From Mytilus trossulus (Eukaryota), in NCBI RefSeq assembly GCF_036588685.1, contig NC_086386.1, positions 58,218,001-58,282,000 of the forward strand: a DNA stretch of 64,000 nt. The letters are read 5' to 3'. Below, piece after piece: positions 22,338 to 37,819 of this stretch. The notes beneath the pieces are model-generated. The model was not told the DNA's origin. It did not search any database and saw nothing but the letters and a program-made list of their open reading frames with translations. The stretch's first letter is position 1, and the number at the start of each line of letters is the position of its first letter. A program made the translations under genes and the position numbers.

Positions 22338-25300
22338 GCTGAAAGTTTACATACGATTTCAACAGATAACACATGTAGTAGGTTTACGATGTTAGACATG
22401 AAACAGTCGACCAACTAGGCCTCGATCCTGATGATTTTCATATTAAAAATTTAATGAACTGCTGATAATCTAGTTCGATTCAATTGCCAACTTTCCGCGT
22501 AAATTCTTTTTCTTGTATTTCTGAAATAGATTGAAATGGTTTCAATGTTAAATATCATTAAAATAATATGCAATTTTTTCTTTTATTCTTTTTCATGTTT
22601 GCATTTAACATTTTCATGTTTTGCTTGCATGACCAATTTTAAACGATAACAAGATTAGTTCTCGTTTCGTTCCTATAGTTTGGTATTTCAGTCTGTCATG
22701 TTTATTCTTTGACATATTTATAAAGCAATAAAATATAACATCGAAATGACTTCAAAGAGGGCAATGGTACATTTGAATTTCCCTTCAAAAGTGGCCTTTC
22801 TTTCATTTTATTCTTTTACAAAGACAGTAAACGTGTTATGTGAATGAATTATCCCATGTTCCAATTACTACACATTCTACACGATATCCATTTCTCATTT
22901 AAAAAACAAATAAATAGCATTGAAAAAAAAAATGAATGTGATGTTGAAATAGTTAACCAAGTACTTTTGCAATTAAAATGAACGAAATTGCCTTTCTGAT
23001 ACACATACATTTTTGCACAGACAGGTGTCCCATATGAATACTTAAAATTAAAAAAATAAACTGATGAACAGCTCGATGTTCCGATAGTTGTTCATAGTGT
23101 TGTGAACAATTGTTTGTATGCAATATAATAGATATTTGTTGGTTTTTTTCCCACCACAGAGGGCAATTTTGGGTTTCATGTTTGTTTTGTATAATTATGC
23201 ATTAGTTAGTTCAATTGGTATGGCTGGATTGCAATCATATCTGAATACATTATTTTCATAGTTTCATGTAAGATGGACGGACTTTTTTTATACATTGCGC
23301 TAACATATTCGATGAGAAAACACTACTCATGTCAATTTCTCTATCTCTAAATGAATAAGGTAACTTTGTGTAAATGTGTAAATACTGATAAATCGAGTAT
23401 AAATTAATTCAACCAATGATACCTGACGAGCAATGCTTTTACTCACCAAAAAGCTTAAAAGTATCCTTCAAAGGTTATGAATATTAGTTACAATCAATGT
23501 TATTTATTTGTGTAATGATCTCACAATAACAGTGATGAAAACAGATTGATTAAATTAATATTGAACGTGAACTATTTGAAATTTTTTTTTCATGTCACTA
23601 ACATTAATATTTCTGATATCATTTTATTTCAATGAAACAATGTTTTATACCTATCTGATTATAAATGTATCATATTAAAGCAATGTTAAAAATAATATAA
23701 AATGTTTTTGAAGAAATATAGATCCTGAAGCAGTATATGGTTTTACATTTCATTTCTACTTTTCGTATAAATAAACAAAAAAAAGACGTGTGAACACTAA
23801 AGGCGATCCCTGTATACTACTTATTAGCTGAGTCGGTCATAAACCTTGGAGAATGCAGTTGAAAATTAAGATTCTAGTGAATAAGGCACTGAAATGAATA
23901 ACTGAAATGGCGTTGCAAGGTAAATTAGATGCACAGCAAACGTGGCCTTCTTGACTAAAGGAATCCATTGATTCATATACACCACACAGCTACAAAGACG
24001 CCCAACATTTGTAACAGCTCTTATGTTGATCGGAAGAGTTTATGTAAATAAACGGCAGCTTTTTTATAACTATATACAGTTGGTATTGTGTTTGCACTTA
24101 AACTAATATAGTCTAAGAGTAATACATATAGTCATTTTCTGAAACACGTTAAACTTTATTTAATCGAATAAAACAAGTAATAACATGAATGCTAACCGAT
24201 GAATTCAAATAACAGACATATCAACGCTGTTTTCGATTGTATAAATTACATTATCAGTTCAGCTAATTACATTTAATGCCAAGTTAGCTGTATTTAACGA
24301 CCAACGTTAGACATCAACAGCTCTGCATTGTATGCAACAATGTCTTTTGGGAGATATTATGCATATAACATCTTTAAATGTCACATCTTCAACGTGTCCG
24401 AGTTCACTGCAATGCAACACTAATAATTGAGTACCAAAAAGTAATTGGCAGAAGTCCCTCATATGTCTTGGCCGATTGTATGTGCATTGTAATGAATCAA
24501 TGTATGATTGTTTCAATATTTGCTATTTACACGTTTTTTCGTTTAGATGTGGAGTTGAAGAACACAGATGCTTGCAAAACAAGTGACATGATAATTAGTA
24601 TAAACGAAAAAAAAAGATACGTTTAATATCTAAACATGTTAAAAAAAAGCAAAAATTTCAAACATTTATTTTGTCTTTTATTTGTAATGCAACGATGTCG
24701 TTCTTTCTTGTGATTAATAAACATTCCGTTGTGTAATGATAAATCAGAATATGGAAGTATTACATAACACGTTAATGGTAATACATCCGTATTCTTGGTA
24801 CTTTTAAGTTGCTCGTTAATGAAGACCGGTATGATGTACTGCAACCAGTCTGTCAATTACGAACTCTCATGAAATAACTTGTTTTCGTTATATCAATAAT
24901 ATCCTGGTCAGTGTAATTTGGGCAATATATAACGTAATGGCTTTTTTTTGTTTTATGATACTGACTTTATCAGCAATAATAACAAACGAGAACACAAGGT
25001 GATGAAGTCAGTATCAAGAAAAAAATATGAAATCATTCTTTTGATTTTGGTAATTTTAAAAATTAGTGTCTGTTTATTTGTTTATAATAATGAACTAAAA
25101 TGAATAAAATAGTGCTTTTAGTGTTTTTGGTGATTATTTTCGTGTCCGTATTTTTTTTATCACTCTGATACTCTTAAATTTTCTTTTAAAATAATCAATA
25201 GCATTCTGCAAGCAATATAACTTTAATATTGTAGTATAAAATTTCGTAGGAGTTGGAAATTAAAATAATCTCCTTTTTAATAACAACATACAATGTGTTC

Positions 25301-28300
25301 AGGTCTATTTAGGTCGAATAACCATACTGTTGAACACATCACGATTTTGTAAGAAAGAAACGAATTTGGGCAATTTATTGTTCATAACAGGACTTTAGTT
25401 AAAATCGGCATGGGATAAAAATGGACTAAGTAACGCTCAAATAAAGATTAGTTTTTATAATGCAGGCTTTTACTAAAATGCAGTGCAGTTGCTATATTGG
25501 GACATGTTGAGTTGTTTAAAGCAATTTTGGTGAGATATGTTTTGACTAGTCTGAATAAGTCTGAAATAGATTTAAAAACATAAAAAAATCCCCATAAATT
25601 AGGATTTCACAATTCATATTTACCATAGATTAGGAATCGGCAACAGATCTGGAACCAATCATAAATTTTAGTCTTACATATTTATTATCAAATTGTGTTT
25701 AAAGGGTTGCTAAGTTTATTGCAGGGTATACACATTGCAAATTCATATAGTTCTTATTGAAACAACACATTACAAACAACACCTAGTAATTCTATATTTT
25801 GAATAGATGGCCTACAAACGAATATATCCAATTAATTAAAAACATTCAGTTGTAGTTTCAAACTTTTAGATTTGTGGGAATTTTTGGGGTTTCTTACATT
25901 TGCGTTATATGGTTACGCTGTTACATACAGACGGTAATAAATATATTTCATCAAAAAATATATATTCAACATTTAGTTATTACAAAAAATAGTATGGTTT
26001 ACCAAATGCCCATGGTACAGTCGAATTGATATCGTCATCATCAGCTAATATCTTTAATCATGCTTTTACTTAATAATTGGGAAGCAAGAAATCTAAGGAT
26101 AAATTAGATTAAACGAATGCGGATTCATAATTGAGTATGATTAACAATACAGTCTAGTAATAGCAACCTAAGCATAAAGTACCAGTGTGCTCAGGTGTTA
26201 GTGGTATTATACATGCAATACTTTGCGCTTTTATCGGCCATTTCGTTTTAAATCAGATCATGACTAAATCCTCACAAAATGATTATCTCTTAAAGACTAA
26301 TGGTATCTAATGGTGTTGTTGACAAGACGGAGCATGATTGAATGTATTGATAACTAAACGTACTAATTATTGACACATTTAAATTTTACTTTACGAAGAA
26401 AATCCCTGAAACAATTTGAATGCCTTTATATAGTATATATTAGTGCCTTGATTCCCAATTTACCTGGACATGAAAATGGAAACATGCATTTATGTATCAT
26501 GTAAAACGAACTAATTGAATCAAAAAATTAAACGAAAACCCATATCGACCTCTTAACATATTTGAAATGATGCATTGATGACTTTTTTGCTGGTGTTTCC
26601 ATAATCTTGAATAACAATTATGTCCAATTTGTTCCTACATCATGTTCGATTCAAAAAACGCAAAATAAGAAATGCAACACTTCAAATTGTTCATTTTGTT
26701 AACACAAAAAAATAGTGAAATTTCAATACACAAAATAAAGTATGCAGTTGAAAAAGGAACAGTATAATTCTAATGTCGGGCAAACATAGAATGTTATAGA
26801 ATCACCGCATTCATTTATTTGTTTTTTTCAAGATTATTTTTATTTGTAAATTATTAACAAACATTGCTCACACCAGCAGGAAATATGCTTCCATAAGTTT
26901 GACCAGATCATATAAAGACGTCATTTGGTTTGCTGATAAAACAAAGACACACTTTGTTTCTATCATAGACAAAACCAACTCAATAGCGCAAGTGTATAGT
27001 TGTCAGCTTATTGATATTGTAAAATACCACCTACAAGACACAGTATGCAGCTCACGCTAAAAAAAGTTAAATTTTGTTCCAAGAAGCTGACATTTTATAA
27101 TATAATTTTGCTGATAAACGGTAGGATTTTAACTGAATTATTGGTATAAACATATATGATAGATATATACGAAGATATTGTATGAGTGCCAAAGAAACAA
27201 CTCTCCATCCAACCTACTGTTTGTAAAAGAAAGATTTTTTTTTGGTCAAAGTACGGTCTTCAACACGGAGTCTTGGATCACATCGAATAGCAAGCTATAA
27301 ATGGCACAAACAACGACTTATGAAACACGATTCTAACGGGAAAACCAACATAATAATCTATATAATAAACGAGAACCAGAAACACTTCTAAACTACACTA
27401 ACAAACGACAACTATGCAAATTAGATAATCTATTAGTCTTTGAAATTAATAATGATATACTGTCAGTTATGTTTTTTTATAGAGATAAACACATTTATTG
27501 TTTATGTACGATGTTGTCGCAAACAATACTGTTGGGGAATCTGAAATTCTAATGTGACTTTTCTTTGATTCAAGCTATTGTTGTTCATTTCAAGTAAACG
27601 GCAACAAGAAATTGCGAATTATGAAAAACTGATAAATGTTAACTTTTGCTTACACATTTATCAATATTTGACTGTTTAACGTGTATTGAAAGTTGATAAA
27701 TGTCAAAATGGCAATGAGAAACGAAGAAAAGATGAACGTTTAACCCCTTTTTCATAATATTGTTCTGCTAGTTATCTTACAAATGAACCTATTAAAATGT
27801 AATCATTTGTAATAGGAACAATTAAAAACATAATGTATTAGCTTGTACAAACACGGTTAAATTACCAATCATGGATTTAATTTTCAGAAACTTGTAGTTT
27901 TTTTACTTGTGCAATTTAACGTAACACCCAATTTTGCATAATGCATTTTGTAAATTAAAAAGCTTTAGCTTTAAAGAATATACGTTATAGATTATAACGA
28001 TCTTTCAATGTACAGCTCGGTAAATTGAAACAACTTTCAGCTAATTTCTTGCATATCAATTTATAAAATTAATCAAATTGACAAAGCCTGCAAAAGTAAT
28101 ATTTTATTTGTACAGCAAAAACATAGTATTGTTCATAAAGTCATGAACGTAATATCACAGGAAATGAACAATTTGCTTATAATGTATAAAACTTGTTTTA
28201 TATGCAGAATGGCATGTCACTAAACTACATGTCAGGATTTCGTATGTGTCAAAAGTATGCCGTTGGGTTAGTATAGCCCTAAATGTAAACATATTGTTTT

Positions 28301-29134
28301 CTGCAACTTTATCATTTCATGATGTATTATGTAGTGCTCAACAAAAGACAGGTGTCTAGTTCTAAATTCAGCTCTGTGTATGTTTAATCCATTGAATTGA
28401 TAAATAAAGGCAACAGTAGTAAACCCTTTTCGAAACTCATAAATCAATAGAAAAAAAGAGGGTTACGAACTAAAACTGAGGGAAAAGCATTAAATAACCA
28501 TATTCATTTCATTTTTTTTGTTTGTTTTTTCAATTATCCTATCGTGTAAGTATTACAAAATAATGTTGTCGAGACAAAGACTAGGCATTGCATGTTCATT
28601 TAATTGTTTTAACTAGTTAAAAAAAACGATGAGCATACCCTTTTCAAACAACTTAGATATAAACATGGTATATACTTTTGACTCAGGGTTGGTTAAAAAA
28701 ACAGTATACTAATGTCATTCATATAATTGTCAACAAAACAACAAACAGTAAACAAATACTCGAGCTTTATATTCTGCACACGAATGTTATTATTCTGTTC
28801 AAATAACTTTAAATGCCCTTAAAGACATCAAATTTTGTCGTTTATGCTCATTTAAGATAAAACGTTATTATTTGGTCGGCCAAACCTTTTTTTCATGATT
28901 ATAGTTCTGTTATCAAGATATTATAAGACTATAATATGATAATATAATACTAAATCATAATACCTGATGTTCTGAATCTGTCGTTAGTTAATGTGGTTCA
29001 TAAGTGTGTCTCGTTTCTTGTGTTTTATATAGATTATACCGTTGGTTTTCTAGTTTCAATGGTTTTACATTCATTTAGTCATTATTTTAGATCTTTCATA
29101 CATTGCTGTTAACAGTAGGCTAATACTCCGCTTG

Positions 29135-29376
29135 GACAAAATCAAGTTATTTCAATTTTTCTTAAAGTGTCCAGTACAAAGTCAGGAAAATTACCATTGC
29201 TATATAAAAGTTCGATTCTGTGTGTGTGTTGCATTTTAATGTTGTGTTTCTGTTGTGTCGTATTTCTCCTCTTATATCTTATGTGTTTCCCTCAGTTTTA
29301 TTGTGTAACCCGGGCTTGTTTTTTTCTCAATCGATTGATACATTCCGAACAGCGATATACTACTGTTGCCTTATTT
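29135..29376 (+). mobile_element. Family D short element nested in a family B copy; fragments at 28402-28497 (-), 39361-39473 (-), ~9500-9700 (+)
   Basis: Shared gtgtttccctcagtttta...gaacagcg.tatactactgttgcctt; decayed aagtcagga twister-like core at ~29170-29190 and ~9640-9690. Confidence 0.65.
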
Positions 29377-32300
29377 GATCTATAATGGTTTTCTTTTACA
29401 AAATAGGACTTGGATGGAGAAGTGTCTCATTGACACTCATGCCACATCTTCATATGTCTTTGAAGTGTTGTTGTCTTTGTGTATGTATGATGCATGAAAT
29501 ATTTTGTATATTGCTGTTTTATTATAATTCAGAAACCGACTTTTGATAATAGACATTATCGACAAAAAATCGTTAGATCAACACTTCTATCGGTGAACAT
29601 TTCTTTGGTTTTCAACAAAAAACAATAATACATACTAAACAGAGTGGAAATTTTCATTTCTTTTTTTCATTCCGATGGCTTTAATCTTATGAGTTTAAAT
29701 TTACCTCAGAGCTGTTTGCAATATTGATGTAACATCAAAGCCATTTCATTTTTGATTAAAAAAAAGCGTGTTTTCTTTTTTTCGGTCTTCTTGTCAATTT
29801 ATTAGTCTGTGGTAGAGATTTCTCAAACGGAAATGTTATAATCGATTTCAAAAATGATTCCATTTCATCTTATACATGTACTTGTGGCATGAATGAACCT
29901 CAATTGCATATAAGTGTATTGCTCATTGTCAGAAACGTTTATTGATATTCTATTTGCAAACCAAACCAAGTAGCAATAACTTAAGAACCATTTCACAAAT
30001 ACAATTTTGATCTAAAAATGACAGAGAGCGAAATTTGTCTTTCAAAATATAGTGCTCCCTTAAAAATTCCTTTCTTGTCTAAGCAATTTACAATTCGCAA
30101 TTTCAATTGTGACTTAAAGCATGTGCAGCTTACGTTTTGTATCAATTGAAACATAACTTTCAAAAAACGAAAGAAGAACGCAATATTAGAATATAAGATG
30201 TACGCAGCATGTCAGAAGGTCTATTTCGATTACAAACCGAGGCGTAGAAATAGTCAGTAGATCTGAAATAGCCGTGATCACCTAATCAACGAAACGTCTT
30301 AAGTAGAAAATTAATTAGAGGTATAGCGGTAAAAGTTAAGACAAGTGTGAGGTTTACATTCCGGTACACCAAATACATCTAATGTTAGTCGTTTCGTTTG
30401 TATAACTAGTTACCCCAACAATCCTGCATGTTGACATATCTTCCTTTTTTAGCGGCAAGAATCCGTTTATCGGTTTGCATGGTTATAATTTACTGTTTCA
30501 ATGTGCTAAACTAGCATGCTCACATTGAAATGGTGCTGTGAAGTGTCTTTATTTCCTTTAATACATATTTTGAATTGTATTATGTTCCCTTCTTAACAGG
30601 TTTGAATTTTGCAATGTTTTGTAAATTCACTTATTTTTGCCGTATTTCAAAAAACATGTCAACTTTTTATAGTTTACAGGTACAGATATTCCAAGCTAAA
30701 GAATTAACCTTGATTTTTTTTTTGGAAATTGTATATTATCATGCAAAAATATAGTACCATACACATACACCATTTGCAGGGGAGAAATATTGCTGAAAAG
30801 TATTGCCTGAAGTAGGGAGTTTTTGTTGATATCAAATTAATATGTATATTAAAAAGATATTTTCATATTGCTACATTACAAGTCATAAGCACTGTTGTCA
30901 TTATTTTTTTCTGGAAATTATCCGTTAATCTAGCAACAAAGAGCACTGTTTCTTTTGCACAAAATGTCAAAAATGACAGTTATACGTCAATAAGAAACCA
31001 TGAGGAAATATCTTAGAACAAGACCAGATGAGCATCAGTATTTATTTCAATCAGAAAATTTGTATTGTGACAGTTTTGCATTTTATTGCAACTGTTATAG
31101 AAAATGGACATTGACCAATTATTGTCAATAGTATTTTGATAATTACAATTTTATATACAGCAGTATTTCTTCTGGAGATGTTACTATCAGGTCTTAGGCT
31201 AAACTTTTGATGAATTTGTTTACATTGCATTTTTTGGAACTAAGGCCGTCTTCACATTGACCTAAACTCTGTGTTGTGTTAGTATAACTCACACATAAAC
31301 TAAACATAATTACGTTCTCATTGATAAAACTCAATGTTTACATGTAGTGTAAATCATGTTTTTTATACATGCAGTCGATAGTCGATGTAGGCCTTGTGTA
31401 GGTTAAGTGTACATAAAAATAGGCATTCGAAACTTTAAGTTTCCAATGTATATTTAAAAAAGAAGCGATGTTTATATAAAGTTAATACTTATAACACTTA
31501 TTAATAAAGTTCTTTGCAGAAATATTCGTCTAAACTTGATATACTTATTTGTTATAAAAACACTCTACGTAGCCTTATTAACCCCTTATCAAGACAGACA
31601 AGACTCATCCATCATCATTGCCGAACATATAATTCATTTGAAAAGGTCTTCCCGAATCGACTTGACGTACTCACTGACATAAATATTTGCCACTTTTCTT
31701 TACTCAAACAACAATTCACTCATAAATGCATTACTGAAAAAGAGTGAGGCAAATGTTTGTTTGTGCAGTATCTCAGGTCCGTTAAAATATAGTTAGAAAA
31801 GAAGAAAAAAAAACATAACCCTCTTCTTTTGCCAAACACTCCTTGGAGAAATTGTTTTTGTGTTATTAAAAGTCAATCCCTGAAAAATGAACTTCTTGAT
31901 GTTCCCTTCAGGGAAAACTGCCATGTAACAAAAATAAGTGCTACTTACTGTTAACATAACTTCCTGATGTGTAATCTTTAAGAATTTGAATTTAAATTCT
32001 TTACAGCAAATGAAATAAAACAAACGATATTTGTCATACAGATAATCCATTACACAGATAGGTATATCAATGCATCAATTGATCATTAAGTATTATTTCA
32101 GATGAAATAAATCACAATTTACGACATCGGCTTAATTGATCACGTGGATGATTTATAAAAACCCAACAACATTGTGTTTTCAAATTCAATTCACGCCATT
32201 ATGTTCTAGAAAAATTATACAAATGTTATATCATCCAGATAGTCTATTTTTGAAAAAAAATACAGAGGAAAATATCCAAACTTTTATTATATCTATTTTT

Positions 32301-32769
32301 TAGGAGAATTAGATCTAATATAAATACTTCAGTCAGTATTTAAGTAAAATGCAACTATCAAAAGATATAAATATAAAGTATATTTTGCTAATCAAATTCC
32401 CTGGTTTTATAAGCAATTAACAACACAGGGGGAACCTTAGCGTCATTGTTGTAGCACTAAAGGACATTGTTCACAACCAGGAATGAAATAAAATATTTAA
32501 AGTTGAAAAAAAAGAAAAGAAAAATTATGCATATTGCAGATTCCTGTTTATAAACTTCAAATGAAACAATCAGACTTATTTTCAATATACCTTTATTTAT
32601 TGAGAAACTGTGACCACTAATTGAATTTAAAAGTTTGTTCACATCAATTCGATGTTGCAATTACGCAATTATGAAAAATATGGCTTGTATATCTTAATAA
32701 AAAGATGTACTTCATTCGTCCCTTAGTTTTGTAATATCTTACAACAGGTTCTTTAATGTTTCCTAATCT

Positions 32770-32990
32770 GTTATTTTGAATATTGATAGTATCAAATTTT
32801 TAGTATTGCTATTATTACTTTTTGAACATTTTTGAATTTAGTTTTGAATATTGATGGAGTTAAGTTTTGAATAGCAATATCATACAATAATGAATATTGA
32901 TAGCTTTAGGATCTGACAAATAATATAATTAGGTTTTTATAAACGTTGATTACATTAAGTTTTTAAGATTTACAACATTATTTTTTTATT
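32770..32990. repeat. Degenerate ~22-bp minisatellite, also at ~40535-40640 and ~50105-50130
   Basis: Repeated ttttgaatattgatag(c)a..aag-like units. Confidence 0.6.
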
Positions 32991-33657
32991 AATATAAGTA
33001 GCATCAAATTACCACACCTAATCTACGTTTAACATTCTAAATGCTCGGCTCATCGTATTTAAACGCAATCATTATACCATTTATTGTTTGCTGTGCATTG
33101 TATACAACAATGTCTTTTTGGACACACTAGGTATATGACAGTCTTCTAATTGTAACGTCTTCAACATGTTAAAGTTAGCTGCAATGTAGAAATCATAATA
33201 TACTACATAACAGAAATATGCTATAGTCCTGCTTGGTGTTATGACTGATTGCATGCGTATCGTAATAAAACATAGTTTGATAACATAATTTTAATGATTT
33301 AAAAAATCTTGCACTTTTCAATGTAGATCTTTAATACGTAAACAATCTTAGAATCATCGATATGATGTATAGTATAAACAAAAACAATAATCTAGGTTAT
33401 CGAAATGTCTAAATATGGTAAAATTAAGCGAAATCAAAAACGCTTGTGTTATGCCATGAGTAAGTGCTACCTTGTATTTAAGATAAACCCTATTTTATAA
33501 TGATTTTTTAAGAATCCGGAAGCCTTACATAGACGTTAATGCTGATGTCTACGTTTTCTAATTACTTTTAAGTTGTTCATTAATGCAAACGATATATAAT
33601 GTACTGCAGTCAGCTTTTCAATTGCAAACTCTCATGAATTCACTAGTCTCCGTTAGA

Positions 33658-34078
33658 TAAAATTGAGAATGGAAATAGGGAGTGTGTCAAAGAGACATCA
33701 ACCCGACCATAAAAAAAAACAACAGCAGAAAGTCACCAACAGGTCTTCAATGTGGCGAGAAATTCCCGCACCCAGAGGCGTCCTTCAGCTGGCTCCTAAA
33801 CAAATATATGCTAGTTCAGTGATAATGAACGCCATACTAATTTCCAAATTGTACATAAGGAACTAAAATTAAAATAATACAAGAATAACAAAGGCCAGAG
33901 GCTTCCGACTTGGGACCTCTAGCCAATGTAGAAAAGTAAACGCATAACAATACACACATTTCAATTCAGTTGACGAGAAGTCTGAGTCTGATGTCAGAAG
34001 ATGTAACCAAAGAAAATAAACAAAAAGACAATAATATATATATAACAACAGACTACTTGGAGCTAACTGACATGCCAG
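33658..34078 (-). mobile_element. Family A short element with twister core deleted
   Basis: Reverse complement of family A; reads ggctagagg-tcccaagtcggaagcctctggcc, lacking ~55-60 nt. Confidence 0.85.
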
Positions 34079-37000
34079 CAATATATATAAGTGATAGTCA
34101 TGGCCAATGTCATTGCGGCAACATATATTAATTCGTTCAATTGTATGTTGTGTGATGTAGGGTTTTGATCTCCATTACAGGATACGATCAATGCATACAG
34201 TTGATAACATATAATTCATTTCAAACATACTGTACAAATCATTGAGCTATCTCAAACGATAATACGATTGACGAAATGTCAATTGTACAGATTAATAAGT
34301 ATCTGCATTCTCATAAGCTGATATAGCTTTGTACGAATTTAGATATTATTGGAAATCAATCAATCTGTAATTCGACTTAACTGATGTGGATAAATGGTAA
34401 TTCAATATGATTGAAATGTATTAAATCTATTGATAACAACCGGAGCTGGAGGTACACGTGTGATCAGGTGATAGTCGGATTACACATGCTACACCTTTTG
34501 CTGTATTTACACTTTGTATTTAAATTCCAACATTGTAATACTCTGTTCACAATCAATAGCAGTGTACTGATGCTATCCAATGTTGTTGAAAAGACGGGGT
34601 AGGATTTGATTATTGATAACTAAAAGTTCTAATTAGTGACAAATTGAAATTTACACTGTCGATGAAATTCCATGAAACGATTTGAACAAGTATAAACAAG
34701 TGTTTTAATTCTCAATTTATCTGAACATGCAAACGGAAACATGTATTCACGTATCCTGTTAAATGCATTTATTGAATCAAGAATTGAAACGACAACCCAT
34801 ATCAGCCCTTAAACATATTTAAAAGGATGCATTAATGACTGGTTAGCTGCTGTTTTGATAATCTGACATAACAATTATATCCAATTTGTATCTAAATTAT
34901 GTTCGATGCATACTCCAAACGACCAAAGATTGCAAAACAAGAAATTCAACACTATACAATTGTTCATATTGTAAACAAAATATAAAACATTAGGTTATAA
35001 GTTTAACTAACACATATAAGTATGCACTGGAAACCGTAACAACATAACTTGAATGTCAGGCAAAAATGAATTGACATACAATCACTTCTTTCTGTAATTG
35101 TGTTATTATTATATGTACTGGTAAATAATTAAGAAAGATTCCTTACACTAGACGGAAATATGCCTTCCGTTTTGGATGCTCCGAATTGTGTTCCGCTTCA
35201 ACTACAATCTCTCAACGTGGAGCTTACTGAGATCAGTAACATTATAAAGTTGTTGCGGATAAATGTGTAAACTTTTTAATTCAGTGGTGAGATTTGTAGC
35301 TGTACAATCATGCTATTTTATGTTTTTGAGCGGTAAGGAAACGGGCGTATACACTATTGTAAAATTCAAACATACAATTTACCTTGTGTAAATTTATATC
35401 AATATTTAAACACCAAATGAAACATATGTTAAATGTATGTGTTTTATATATTAACTGATAAAAAATAGTTGAATGACTCTAGCATGTCTAGTAAGTACAA
35501 TTCATAACTATTTTAATAAATCTAAATGAAATATAGTTCGGAAAATATTTATATCATGCTGACCATTCTTAGATTTAAGTGACCAATTTCTCAGTTTCAA
35601 GAAAAAGGCAACGATAACAAGAAATTGTAAAATCATATGGAACTGATAGTGTCAACCTTGTTTTGCAAATTTATCAACTTGAAACTGATAAACGTGTATT
35701 TAAAGCTGAGAAATGTCAAATTTAAGTTCGAAATGTCAAAATGCCAATATAAAATGAAAAAAGATGAATGTTTTCATAATACTTTTCTGCTAGTTATCAT
35801 ACAAATGAACGAATTTAAATGTTATCTTTTTTTAATGATAAAATAATAACCATAGTGTGGGACTTTGCACAAACACTATCAGATTACCATTCGTGGAATT
35901 ATTTTTCAGAAATTTATTGTTGAATTACCGAATTTAAAGTAAAACATAATTTTTCATAATCCATATTGCAATTTAAAAGCCTTTAGCATAAAAGATTATG
36001 AATAATATATTATCATGATATATCAATGTGTAGCTCAGTCAATCGAAACAATTATCTGCTCATTTGCTTTTGAAGCAATTACATAGCTCGCTTTTGCATT
36101 TTGCCTTGTTTCTAAAATACTTCACAGGATTTCGTTTAAAATGCACGCGTAGGAAAAAGTTTTATCTTAAGTAAGTACTGTTAATACTGTTGAACAAAGT
36201 GATACATACAAACTCTCAATCAGTGATAGTCTGCAATTCGTCCTGATCTTGATATCACCAAATGAAAACGATTGTTTCTGTTGTTGCAGAGCTTTCACCA
36301 GAATTTTGTTCACTAATGCGCATGTTTCATGGTTCTTTGTTTTTTATTAGATGGGTAGCAATTAAGATAGTATACATTTATATATGGGAACCTGCATTGT
36401 TTCTCTTTCCTTTTTGTATATAGATTAGACTGTTAGTTTTTCCATTTGAATGCTTTCATACTAGTAATGCTGGGACCCTTTATAGCTTGCTGTTCGGTGT
36501 GATCCAGACTCCGTGTTGAAAACTGTATTTAACCTATAATGGTTTAATTTCCAAATTTTGACTTCGATAGAGAGTTATCTATTCGACACTTATACCACAT
36601 ATGCTTATGTCAATAAACTGTAGTTGTCTTGGTGCATTACATATTTTGTATAATAATATTTTGTAGAAATACAAAAAAACATTCTTTTGATGTTATACAT
36701 TATCAACAAATAATTATAAGATCAGAGCTTCAATCAGTGAACATTTCTTTTGGTTTCAAGAAACAATGATAAATATAACTCACAACAAACATTTGCAAAT
36801 AATTTTATTTCATTCCGTTAGCTTTCATGCTATGAATTCAACTTTACCTCAGAAATATTGATCAAACATCAAAGTCATTTGGTTTTTGATTCCAAAGATT
36901 TTGTTGTTGTTGCTGTCTTATTGTCAATTTATTAGTCTTTTATAGAGATTTCTCAGACAGAAATGTTATAATTACGATCAAAGATGTTCAAATTCCATCT

Positions 37001-37219
37001 GAATGCAGTTACTATTACTGAACCGTGAGGGCATATTGCCGTATTTCTAATTGTTAGAAACTTACATTTATATACGAATAGGCTATTTGCCAATTCCGGT
37101 AATTGACCCTTTTATTAGAGATCCCTATAAAAGTTTTCTCCCTTTTGAGGGACTCTAATTTTTATATGAAGCATATATGCATTGTATTGCAACTGTTATA
37201 GAAAAGGGACATTGCATTG

Positions 37220-37692
37220 CATTCAGATATCGCAGATCAATTTTATTAGTTTATTGTGTTTTATTTACGTTTTTTTTTTAATTGAGTTAAGTCGACCAAT
37301 TGATATTTTATCATGTATTTTTCTATTTTGTGATGTTATGCTATTATATCAGAAAAAGGGAGAAAGTTTGGATCCATTAAACGTTTAATCCCGCTGCAAA
37401 TGTTTTCACCTGTCCTTAGTCAGGAATCTGATGTACATTAGTTGTCGTTTTTATTATGTAATATATATGTGTTTCTCGTCTCTCGTTTATGTATATAGAT
37501 TAGACAGTTGGTTTTCCCGTTTGAATGGTTTTACACTAGTAATTTTGGGGCTCTTTATAGCTTGTTGATCGGTGTGAGCCAAGGCTCCGTGTAGAAGGCC
37601 GCACATTGACCTATAATGGTTTACTTTTTTTAAATTGTTATTTGGATGGAGAGTTGTCTCATTGGCACTCACACCACATCTTCCTATATCTA
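37220..37692 (+). mobile_element. Family B short retro-element (twister-bearing); 3' fragments at 11889-12012 (+), 27163-27412 (-), 28962-29460 (+, interrupted), 36400-36612 (+)
   Basis: Shared tagattagac.gttggttttccc...gctccgtgt(t)gaaggcc...gagagttgtctcattggcactca.accacatctt. Confidence 0.75.
37345..37435 (+). ncRNA. Twister ribozyme-like fold (type P5), family B
   Basis: P5 tatatcaga/tctgatgta, P2 TCCC/GGGA, GC, P3 tgcaaa..ttttca, P4 CCTG/CAGG with loop TCCTTAGT, T/AA at 37386/37387. Confidence 0.65.
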
Positions 37693-37819
37693 TTGATCTA
37701 TCATTATTTTACAATAAAAATCTAAAATACAGCAGTTTTACTTTAGGAGTTGTACTTATCAGGTTATTTGCCGAACTTTCAATTTCACCTTGCATTTTGA
37801 AAACTAATTCAGCGTGTCT

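Noticed and set aside
31240-31397. Possible Harbinger-like MITE (aaggcc...ggcctt)
   Set aside because: Inverted match is only 6 bp; insufficient.
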